From the IMG/VR virus record IMGVR_UViG_3300043411_001170, positions 64,001-128,000 of that record: a stretch of DNA of 64,000 bases. The stretch is one strand, 5' to 3'. Of the stretch, positions 50,056 to 58,701 are shown piece by piece (the stretch's first letter is position 1; the number at the start of each line of letters is the position of its first letter). The stretch comes from a virus. The position numbers and the translations under genes are program-made. The notes below the pieces were generated by a model that did no database searches, was not told the origin of the DNA, and saw nothing but the letters and a program-made list of their open reading frames with translations.

Positions 50056-50310
50056 ATGGCTCAACAAGAGTTAGTAGGGACATTATCACAAGAAGATTTT
50101 AGCTTTCTTAGGGATTCTCATGAAACACTTGAGAATCTCCTTAAGGAGCTAGCACGATTAGACAGAGAAAAATTTAAAACCAATACTTATTTAAATAGTC
50201 TAGAAAAAGTAATAGAGGATCGTCTGGTTTCTATCAGAGAAGCTTTTAAGATACCAGATGATGTGAAATGCGAAATTATCGGAAATAAAATTTATACTAT
50301 AACTTTCTAA
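50056..50310 (+). CDS. Hypothetical protein
   Basis: 84 aa, GAGG RBS. Confidence 0.6.
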   Translation: MAQQELVGTLSQEDFSFLRDSHETLENLLKELARLDREKFKTNTYLNSLEKVIEDRLVSIREAFKIPDDVKCEIIGNKIYTITF

Positions 50311-50323
50311 ATCTAGGTTAAAT

Positions 50324-51748
50324 ATGGCTCTTACTGGATGGAATATAGATCCCACATCATTTCCTGCTGCACCTTTTAATGGTCAAGTATTGTCTCCGTT
50401 TAAGCAGGGAATGTTAGATATCCGTTGGGATAATCCAGCCATTTTAGCAAAAAATGCGATGTGGTCTGTTGTAGGTGTAAATGTTTATCGTTCAGATGTA
50501 GGAGAATACGGACCTTATTTCAGAATAAATAATGTTCCTATTAGTGGAACTTTTTACAGAGACTCGACAGATATTATTTCTGTGACAGAGGCAATGGATT
50601 GGAATGAATCTTGGAAATTTAAAGGAGACGAGCCGAGGACACGTAGATGGGTGTTGACTACCATGAAACCCATCTACAAACAAGATTCAGAGAAAGTTGT
50701 TTATGCCAATAGTCCTGAAGATGTCTTTATTACAATAAATGACCAGCAAGTAAGGGCTATTGAGGTAGATGGTGCTCTTTGTGAAATAGTCATAGACACC
50801 AATGAATATTTTGACATTGTATTAAATACGAAAATACCTCCTATCATCCCTGATGCCTCTTCTACTGTATTAGTTACATACCACACTTTAAGAAATGAAG
50901 TTAAATCCAGATTGGACGAAAAGGTATTCTATAGATTAACTACTGTTGCTCTATCTTCTTGGTCCCCCTCAGGTTATGTTGAGACACCCTTGGATTTTGC
51001 ACAACCTATTACATCCATAGCTATAGAATCTTTAGACTATATATGGAGAGAGGCTGTAAGAAGAAATAATTGGATACTAGAACAGGGTGGTGAAAGAGTA
51101 AAAATATTTATAAGAAAAACAGCAGGTATACCATGTACTTGCGGTTATCAACAGAGAGTTTTAGAATATAATAAGAAACCAAAAGTAAACTGTATTTATT
51201 GTTATGGCACTGGATTCATAGGTGGATATGAAGGTCCGTGGGAACAAGTTATAGTACCCGATGATGCTGAGAGAAGAATTTCTCAGAGATTAGGTGGACG
51301 AGATATTGAACATACTTATGAAGTATGGACAGGTCCGTCTCCTTTATTGACTCAAAGAGACTATATAGTAAAACAGACAAACGAAAGATATTCTATAGGG
51401 GCAATAAGAAAGCCTACTAATAGAGGAAATGTTTTACAACAGCATTTTAATATAAAGTATATATCGGAGAATGATATTCGTTATAAAGTCCCCATTGACG
51501 GAACAACGAATATGCCGTGGCCACAGTCTAGAATTACTATTGATAGTAGAGAAAGAATGCTTGTTTATCCGTTAGCCTCTTACGGACCTATGACACCTAT
51601 TAACGGCCCTTGTGAACATGGTCCTCAAGTATACCCTGTAGATTTAAGTAATTATATTACAACACCTTTGGAAACGGATAAGAAAAATATACCCGATACA
51701 AGAGAACATAGAGGAAGAACTCAAGTGTGGGAAAATCAGAATTATTAA
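50324..51748 (+). CDS. Putative neck/head-completion protein with FN3-like and Zn-finger domains
   Basis: IRWD...GVNVYRS FN3-like; CTC...CIYCYGTGFIGGY as in large-myovirus neck proteins. Confidence 0.6.
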   Translation: MALTGWNIDPTSFPAAPFNGQVLSPFKQGMLDIRWDNPAILAKNAMWSVVGVNVYRSDVGEYGPYFRINNVPISGTFYRDSTDIISVTEAMDWNESWKFKGDEPRTRRWVLTTMKPIYKQDSEKVVYANSPEDVFITINDQQVRAIEVDGALCEIVIDTNEYFDIVLNTKIPPIIPDASSTVLVTYHTLRNEVKSRLDEKVFYRLTTVALSSWSPSGYVETPLDFAQPITSIAIESLDYIWREAVRRNNWILEQGGERVKIFIRKTAGIPCTCGYQQRVLEYNKKPKVNCIYCYGTGFIGGYEGPWEQVIVPDDAERRISQRLGGRDIEHTYEVWTGPSPLLTQRDYIVKQTNERYSIGAIRKPTNRGNVLQQHFNIKYISENDIRYKVPIDGTTNMPWPQSRITIDSRERMLVYPLASYGPMTPINGPCEHGPQVYPVDLSNYITTPLETDKKNIPDTREHRGRTQVWENQNY

Positions 51749-51763
51749 TTATGTAGGTGTTAG

Positions 51764-52117
51764 ATGCCATCAATAGAAGCTATAGTAATGACTTCTTTAA
51801 AGAAGAGAATACAGAAGTCTCCTCTATTATCTAGAGACAAACCCTTCTTAGATTCTATCAAAATCAAAAATATTGGCGGTAAATTAGTTATAGAGTACGA
51901 AGATGAGGATGGTATAATAAAGGAGAGTACTTCTGAGGATTCATCAGAAGTCTCAGATGACAGTGATTCTGAATCATCTGAATCATCACAGGAAACATCA
52001 GTAAAAATAACTGTTGATCCTAAATTGAAATTATTTAAGAGCTTAAAAAAACAAGTGATAGAGGATGGTCTGAAAGACTCTATCCCGAAAATACTTGAAA
52101 AATTAATATTTAAATGA
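51764..52117 (+). CDS. Hypothetical protein
   Basis: 117 aa, AGGTG RBS, Ser/acidic centre. Confidence 0.55.
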   Translation: MPSIEAIVMTSLKKRIQKSPLLSRDKPFLDSIKIKNIGGKLVIEYEDEDGIIKESTSEDSSEVSDDSDSESSESSQETSVKITVDPKLKLFKSLKKQVIEDGLKDSIPKILEKLIFK

Positions 52118-53049
52118 GATTTAGGAACAAAAAAATGGAAGAGGTTACATTTATATGTCAAACCCTTTCTTTAAAGTTAACCGATTTCGGTCTTACTTTA
52201 GAAAGAGGATCAGTTGCTACAATTCCTAAAAATTTAGCGCAAAATTCAAAACAGTTTATGGATTCTTTAAAACAAGGACTCATAAAAGTTCTTTCTAATA
52301 GTAATTCAGCTAACGCTACAGTACCTCCTGTTGTAAAGCCACTTCCTCCTGTAGTAATTAGTCAAAATAAGAACAAAGATTACAAATTAAGACATAAACA
52401 GTCTAATAGAGAACCTGCTCCTACTAAATCATCTGTTACTATCGTTAATGAATCTAGTATCTCTGATAAACATATAACGGACTTGAAATATTGTATCTCT
52501 CAAGAGAATGAATCTGTAAAAGAACGATTAAATATGGTTGAAAACCTATTTTCTAATTTAACCCAGAAAATAGATAAATCATTAGCAGAGATACAATTTA
52601 TTAAAGAGTCTCTAAAGACAGATCTGAATGTAGAGATAAAAGATGTTATCAATGAGGTTATATTTCCTATCCAAAAAACTTTAAAGCAATTAAGCTCTGT
52701 TTTTGATATGGACGCTGTTGATGTTATAGATAAGAAAAAAGTATTTGAAACAGTTCAAGTAGTTGTTTCTGAATGTTTAAGAAGTATGAGTTCCATTGAC
52801 TATATCAAAATAGAAGATATTATAGATAAAACTATACAAAAGAATATGGAAAATTCTAATGTAAAGAAAACATTTTCTATTCCAGAAGAGATGAAATCTA
52901 CGGTGGCTCCTCTATCTGAACTTAAATTAGAGACTTTTATACCTGGAAATTTTAAAACCAGTGAGATGGTTTCTACAGGACTGGATTCAAATAGCGGAAA
53001 TGGAATCTCTAAGACAGTGAAAAAGAAACCGGGTAGACCCCAACAGTAA
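52114..53049 (+). CDS. Coiled-coil protein upstream of the actin-like gene
   Basis: 311 aa; small N-domain, Pro linker, helical core. Confidence 0.6.
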   Translation: MRFRNKKMEEVTFICQTLSLKLTDFGLTLERGSVATIPKNLAQNSKQFMDSLKQGLIKVLSNSNSANATVPPVVKPLPPVVISQNKNKDYKLRHKQSNREPAPTKSSVTIVNESSISDKHITDLKYCISQENESVKERLNMVENLFSNLTQKIDKSLAEIQFIKESLKTDLNVEIKDVINEVIFPIQKTLKQLSSVFDMDAVDVIDKKKVFETVQVVVSECLRSMSSIDYIKIEDIIDKTIQKNMENSNVKKTFSIPEEMKSTVAPLSELKLETFIPGNFKTSEMVSTGLDSNSGNGISKTVKKKPGRPQQ

Positions 53050-53065
53050 GTAAAAAAGGATTACA

Positions 53066-54085
53066 ATGTTAGAAGTAAAACATGGTGTTGGTATTGATAT
53101 CGGAACAATGAATATTGTGGCCTCTAGACAAAGAGGTGAAGACGTAGAAAACTCTCGTATTAGAGATGCTTTTATTATTCTTCCTTTATCATCTAAGAGA
53201 AGTCTAAAGATGATGAAGAATATTCCTTTTATAACCCGTTATGATGGAACGGAAGATAAACCTGTAGAAAAGGATATTATCGTAGTTGGTGATAAAGCAC
53301 TGGAACTTGCCTCTACATTTGATTACCCAATTCGTAGACCTTTGGCTGAAGGATTACTATCTTCAAAAGAGTTAGACTCTGTGGAGATCTTGCAAAAACT
53401 GATTTCCAGTGTTTTAGGAAAACCTGCTGTTCCTAATGAAGCATGTTATTTCTCTGTTCCATCCGAACCTGTAGATACGAATAGAGATGTCGTATACCAT
53501 ACAGAAATCCTAAGGAAAATTGTCGCAAATCTTGGATATAAACCATATCCTGCCAATGAAGCTATGGCAATTATCTATTCAGAAGCAGAGCAAGAAAACT
53601 ACAGTGCCATTGCGATTTCTTTCGGGTCAGGAATGACTAACGTAGCTCTTTCTTTTAATGCTATGTCAGGTCTTGAATTCTCTATTTCAAGAGGTGGTGA
53701 CTGGATTGATAATAGCTCTGCTTCTGCTTTAGGCCGACATGTTGCCTATATGTGTTCCCTAAAAGAAAAAGGTGTAGACCTTCTATCTCCCAAAAATCAA
53801 GAAGAAGAAGCTGTTGCATTCTATTATTCTGCTCTTATTCGATATGTTATTGAACATTTTAAGAGACAGTTTGTCAATAAATGCAAACTATCTATTTCAA
53901 GACCCATCCCTATTATTATCAGTGGTGGGACTTCAAAGGCAGGAAATTTCGTAAATCTTTTTAGGTCTACCTTTGAACAGTTGAAGTCTGATTTTCCCAT
54001 CCAGATTTCAGAAATTAAACATGCAAAAGATCCATTAAATGCTGTAGCTGATGGCATGTTGGTACAAGCCCTACAAGAAGAATAA
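53066..54085 (+). CDS. Actin-like ATPase (MreB/MamK/ParM superfamily)
   Basis: Phosphate-1 GIDIGTMN, VVGDKA, RRPLAEG, connect-1 NEAMA, phosphate-2 SFGSGMT, GGDWID, adenosine ISGGTS, DPLNAVADG. Confidence 0.85.
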   Translation: MLEVKHGVGIDIGTMNIVASRQRGEDVENSRIRDAFIILPLSSKRSLKMMKNIPFITRYDGTEDKPVEKDIIVVGDKALELASTFDYPIRRPLAEGLLSSKELDSVEILQKLISSVLGKPAVPNEACYFSVPSEPVDTNRDVVYHTEILRKIVANLGYKPYPANEAMAIIYSEAEQENYSAIAISFGSGMTNVALSFNAMSGLEFSISRGGDWIDNSSASALGRHVAYMCSLKEKGVDLLSPKNQEEEAVAFYYSALIRYVIEHFKRQFVNKCKLSISRPIPIIISGGTSKAGNFVNLFRSTFEQLKSDFPIQISEIKHAKDPLNAVADGMLVQALQEE

Positions 54086-54108
54086 GCATAAAATTAGATT
54101 GTTATTTA

Positions 54109-54141
54109 ATAAAGGCTCCTTTCGAGGGGCTTTTATTTTTT
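54109..54141 (+). terminator. Intrinsic terminator
   Basis: AAAGGCTCCT-ttcg-AGGGGCTTTT plus T run. Confidence 0.8.
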
Positions 54142-54155
54142 ATAGGTAACTAAAA

Positions 54156-55358
54156 ATGTTCCAATATCTAACAGAACCACTTACACAGTTCTTTATTAGA
54201 GAACTTAGAGAATTCTGGTCAACACACCCAAAGTACCCAGGACTTGTTGAGAATATACAAGGTAAATACTCATGGGAAACAGAACCCAATGAAGGAATTA
54301 TAGTAAAAAGTTCAGGGTCTTCTCATGTTCGTTACTCAGCAGATAACTATAAAGGTATTAGATATAGTTACGCTACATTGTTTAAACCAAAAGGTACAAG
54401 AGGTGTGTCTATAGAATGGCTGAAAGAAGATGCCTTAGCTATAAAAAATAATAATGGTTACTTTCCTTCTCCTCCAGGTTTTTATTTTGTAAAAATCCTT
54501 AGCGTTGATAATTTAAATGGAATACTAACATTTAATGTCACAAGATATTATGACATTACAGATGAGATATTGGCTCTTGATAGTTTATCCAATGGTACTC
54601 TATTACATGTTCCTCTACAGAATACAGTTTCTATTAGAGTAATGCCTAGTGACTATCAATTATTTGAAAATATAAATTACATCGTGAACTATACAACTGG
54701 AGAAATAACTTTTATACAACCTCTACCTCCTACACCTTCTTATGTCACAGTATCATATAGATATAGCGGTGGAGTCTCAGATCCCTATAAAGTACAGGAA
54801 GAGTCTTACCATAAAAATGCTATCCCTGGTGTTTTAATGGCTTTTGGAAGGAGATCATTTGTCAATGATATCATGGTAATAGCTGTAACCAAATTAAGAG
54901 AGCCTGCTTATAAAGTGTATGGTGGTAGGTGGAGTGGAACGATAGATCTAGACTGTTTTTCTAAAGACGAATACGGTCAGAGAGAGATAACGACCTGGAC
55001 CATGAATTTTGTTGAGGCAATGTTGCGACCTGCTGCAACTGCATTTGGTATAGAAATTACAGAAGTAAGTGGTGGTGATGCCACTGAAGAACCTTATGAT
55101 GATAATGCAGATGACTATAAATATAGTGCAACCGTATCTGTAACTGTCGATACAGAATGGGAGATGCATAATCCTATAGTCGGTAGAGTCTCTAGTATCG
55201 AGCCATTGACATTATTTGAACAGCAGCAATATGCAGGATTAACGGACGAACAAATAGCCCTTGTATCTAATAATATTAGATATACACAGTCTATAGGTCT
55301 TGTAAGTATCCAAGATCCATTTTTTAATGGACGTAGAACTTTTGAATCCATAAAATAA
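54156..55358 (+). CDS. Putative tail-completion/terminator protein
   Basis: IDLDCFSKD...REIT and YSATVSVTVDTEW; inserted YIVNYTTGEITF module; upstream of the sheath. Confidence 0.5.
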   Translation: MFQYLTEPLTQFFIRELREFWSTHPKYPGLVENIQGKYSWETEPNEGIIVKSSGSSHVRYSADNYKGIRYSYATLFKPKGTRGVSIEWLKEDALAIKNNNGYFPSPPGFYFVKILSVDNLNGILTFNVTRYYDITDEILALDSLSNGTLLHVPLQNTVSIRVMPSDYQLFENINYIVNYTTGEITFIQPLPPTPSYVTVSYRYSGGVSDPYKVQEESYHKNAIPGVLMAFGRRSFVNDIMVIAVTKLREPAYKVYGGRWSGTIDLDCFSKDEYGQREITTWTMNFVEAMLRPAATAFGIEITEVSGGDATEEPYDDNADDYKYSATVSVTVDTEWEMHNPIVGRVSSIEPLTLFEQQQYAGLTDEQIALVSNNIRYTQSIGLVSIQDPFFNGRRTFESIK

Positions 55359-55368
55359 AGGTTTAGAC

Positions 55369-55806
55369 ATGCCTAGTTATAATTATCTTTGTGATAGCTG
55401 TGGATTATTTTTTGATAAAGCGTTTAAATTAGGGAAAAATCCAGATAAATGTACATGTAGTTGTGGTTCTATAGCAGAAATCCAGCTATCGGAAGATATT
55501 GCATATGAGTTTGATATTAAAACGGAAGGTTTAAATATTCAAAATTCTGGTGTTGTTTCATTAGATTATGATTATGACACGATTATTGGAAATGATGCAA
55601 AGCAACGATGGAAAACAATAGAAGAAAGAGACTCCTATAAACGTTCCCTGATAAAAGATACTAATGGTGCTAGGGAAAGAGATTTAATGGTCATTTATAA
55701 TGACAAAGAGGATTCTGATTATAAACTTTGGAATATACAACAAAAAAGACGTGCAGGTAAATTACGATTACAAGTTGAAAAGTTAACTAAAATAAAATTA
55801 ACATAA
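55369..55806 (+). CDS. FmdB-family zinc-ribbon protein
   Basis: MPSYNYLCDSCG...CSCG. Confidence 0.8.
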   Translation: MPSYNYLCDSCGLFFDKAFKLGKNPDKCTCSCGSIAEIQLSEDIAYEFDIKTEGLNIQNSGVVSLDYDYDTIIGNDAKQRWKTIEERDSYKRSLIKDTNGARERDLMVIYNDKEDSDYKLWNIQQKRRAGKLRLQVEKLTKIKLT

Positions 55807-55815
55807 GGTATTAAA

Positions 55816-56673
55816 ATGTTTTATCGAACTCCCTATATAAAAAGGAAAGGTTTAAAAGGAAGAGGTACTTCTGTATATCTTCCTTTTGCTGCGGATATGG
55901 TATGGAAGCATACAAAAAACTATAAGGGAGGGATGAATATTGCTCGACGTAACAGTGATGGAAAAGAATTTCTTATAAAGGATCTAAAGAAAAATGGTCG
56001 ATATTTGCCGTTAGCTAATAATTATAGAAAACAATTTAAATTAAAATGGGATAAATTAACGGCTTTACAGAAATCTTCGGAAATAAGTAGAATTGTTCCT
56101 AGAGTGACTAATAGAAAGATGAAAGTGCTAGTGATGAGATATGCTAGAAATCTTCTACAGAAAAATCTGAAGTCTCCATATAGGAAAATGGAAAATAAAT
56201 ACAAGACTTTTAAGGTAAACCCCTATTCCTATAAATCTTCTTTTTCTCGTAATCCTTTTAAAAAGTGGTCATCTGCTATCAAAAAAGAAGCAATAGACTT
56301 GATGAGTAAGATTGCAGTTACTTTAGAGGATAGATTAAAAACACGTCGAAGATTAAATAAAGAATCTTTTTCTATGGTCAATGCAGAAGAAATAGCATGG
56401 GAAAATACAGATGATGAGGGTGGCGGATTAAATGATCTTTTGAATCCTTACACGAAAGAAAAAGTAGAATATCGTTACTATGTTTCGGATAAAGGAAAAT
56501 TTAATAATAAAGTCTTATCAGAGAGGAAAAAGTTCTATAATCATATTTCTGATTTAGACAATACTGCTAAGATAAAATTTTTTACAAAAATATTAAGTGA
56601 TATTTCTGATTCTAAAGAAAAAAAGATAGTTAAGGATTATATTAATACGCTAAAGACTTCAGATGAGGGCTGA
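55816..56673 (+). CDS. Highly basic hypothetical protein
   Basis: 285 aa, K/R-rich; KEAI and KIAV motifs. Confidence 0.6.
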   Translation: MFYRTPYIKRKGLKGRGTSVYLPFAADMVWKHTKNYKGGMNIARRNSDGKEFLIKDLKKNGRYLPLANNYRKQFKLKWDKLTALQKSSEISRIVPRVTNRKMKVLVMRYARNLLQKNLKSPYRKMENKYKTFKVNPYSYKSSFSRNPFKKWSSAIKKEAIDLMSKIAVTLEDRLKTRRRLNKESFSMVNAEEIAWENTDDEGGGLNDLLNPYTKEKVEYRYYVSDKGKFNNKVLSERKKFYNHISDLDNTAKIKFFTKILSDISDSKEKKIVKDYINTLKTSDEG

Positions 56674-58564
56674 TATGCAATTAAAAAGAGTTTTGGAAAT
56701 AATTAAGATGGCTAGTAGTGATCCTTTTTCGAGTGCCCCTGCATTAAAGAAATTTTTATCCATCTTTTTACGAAAATGGAATAAGAAATTCACTCAAATA
56801 CCATTTGATGTTGGTGAAGAAGTACTATGGAGATATTACGATAAAAAATGGGGGGGACAAACAACTGTAAAAACAAATGACGGGAAAGAAGTTCCCCTAG
56901 CTAACATATTGGCTGATTTCGATGCTTTTACTTCCCCTAATTACCCATTAAAAGACAAACTACGAGAAGCAGTAACTGCAAAAAAACAATTTCATACCTT
57001 ATTGGCCGCAACCCCATTAGACGGAAAAATCAAACTGGCCGAGTACACCATAAGCAAGACAAAAAGTCCTGTTATAGATAGTTTATTGAAGGAAGCTATT
57101 GAATCTTGGAAATCTGGTATGGCATATATAGATGAAGAACCTCAAGAACAGGAAGGAGGTTTGGAAATACCTCAACCAGATGAGTCTATTCCACCAGGAG
57201 AAGAAAATTTATCGGGTGATGATGTTTTGAGAGAAATAGAGAATAAAGGAAAAGACCAGCTAGATACTGTTCAAAAAGCACAAGAAAAAGATAAAACAAC
57301 GCGGCCAGAAGCTACTCAAGATGCAACAACACCACCCACAGAAGAAGCTTTAACTCCAGAACAAGAAAATTTACAGAAGAAATTTCCTGGAGAAGAGACA
57401 GCTAAGACCAATAAGTCTTTTAGAGAAAAATTGTCGGGTGTATTTAAAGGTATCAAATCAATACCTGCAAAAATAAAGAAAGAAGTATTAAATGCACCTA
57501 AAACAATGGTTCAATTTCTAACTGATCCTAAATTTAGGCAAGCACAATATAGTAAAGCCGCTGCTGCTATTAAGACTATGCCTGAACGTGCTTTTAAAGG
57601 AATTGCAAAAGGCATGGATTCATTGGTTACTAATATTGTAGCAAGTGCTAAAAATGAATTTGTTAATATGGGGAAACTTTATAAATTCCCTTCAAAGATG
57701 GCAAATAAATGGAGAACTAAAAGAGATCAAATTAGGGAACAGGAAGGGAGAGAACCGTCAGCATGGGAATTAGTCAAAGAAACAATCCCTAAATTAAGAA
57801 AAACCGATCCAGAAACAGGGAAAAAGGTATGGGATGATGACGGTATCGACGATTGGATGCTCTTATTGGGAACAGGCGGATATGTAGCAACTGCTGCTCT
57901 GACATTTGGTGCTAATGCTGTAGGTGGTCCAATAGGACAAGCGTTACTTGCAACTGGAACTGCTGTTGGAAAAAGCTTGGCAACCCACATTGCACTAAAC
58001 GCTGTCGGTGATTTTGCTGGTGATATGATTAAGCAGACTATGGGTGCTAGTGCTGATTTGCTTAAATGGTTAGCATCAGGAGGAAAGAAATTAAAAGAGT
58101 ACTTTGTTAAAAAATCTCCTGATACTGCATTTATGGGAACAGAGTGGGTTGAATGGTGGGGAAGTGTTGGTGCAGCAGCAGCTAAGGGAGATGCTGGTGC
58201 TGCTGCTTCAGAAAATGCAATATTTGAAACGTTTAGAACAAGCGACTTCTTTGATAAGACATCAGCTTATTTATCTGAAGTATTTGCAACAACTGGAAAC
58301 TTTGTTGAGATGGTCGGTTCTAAAATAATTACTTCATCGGTTGATGACTATCAACTTTCTGGCACTGCCAATAATATAATTAAAGGTGTCCAAAAGAGTT
58401 TGGTAGCTAAACTGGAGAAAGGTGTCACAACAGAAGAATTAAAATTTTCCCTCACATTTGACTCTGATAAGTACGGACCTTCTCCAGAACCCGTGCCAAG
58501 TCAGAAAACAGCAAAATATTTGGTAGATCGTCGGTCTATTGATATGACGAAATTTAGGTTTTAA
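56663..58564 (+). CDS. Putative ejection/membrane-interacting virion protein
   Basis: 633 aa; Gly/Ala-rich hydrophobic hairpin WMLLLGTGGYVATAALTFGANAVGG...; KMASS and KTAK at the termini. Confidence 0.55.
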   Translation: MRADMQLKRVLEIIKMASSDPFSSAPALKKFLSIFLRKWNKKFTQIPFDVGEEVLWRYYDKKWGGQTTVKTNDGKEVPLANILADFDAFTSPNYPLKDKLREAVTAKKQFHTLLAATPLDGKIKLAEYTISKTKSPVIDSLLKEAIESWKSGMAYIDEEPQEQEGGLEIPQPDESIPPGEENLSGDDVLREIENKGKDQLDTVQKAQEKDKTTRPEATQDATTPPTEEALTPEQENLQKKFPGEETAKTNKSFREKLSGVFKGIKSIPAKIKKEVLNAPKTMVQFLTDPKFRQAQYSKAAAAIKTMPERAFKGIAKGMDSLVTNIVASAKNEFVNMGKLYKFPSKMANKWRTKRDQIREQEGREPSAWELVKETIPKLRKTDPETGKKVWDDDGIDDWMLLLGTGGYVATAALTFGANAVGGPIGQALLATGTAVGKSLATHIALNAVGDFAGDMIKQTMGASADLLKWLASGGKKLKEYFVKKSPDTAFMGTEWVEWWGSVGAAAAKGDAGAAASENAIFETFRTSDFFDKTSAYLSEVFATTGNFVEMVGSKIITSSVDDYQLSGTANNIIKGVQKSLVAKLEKGVTTEELKFSLTFDSDKYGPSPEPVPSQKTAKYLVDRRSIDMTKFRF

Positions 58565-58701
58565 TTTAATAAAGAATAATAATGATAGGTGTGATTAATT
58601 TCAAATTATGCCTATCATTTTATAAAATCAATTTAATTGTATAATAAAAAATAAAATAGAGATTGTACTGATTCTTAATTATCTTTTTTGTAGGTGTTAC
58701 A

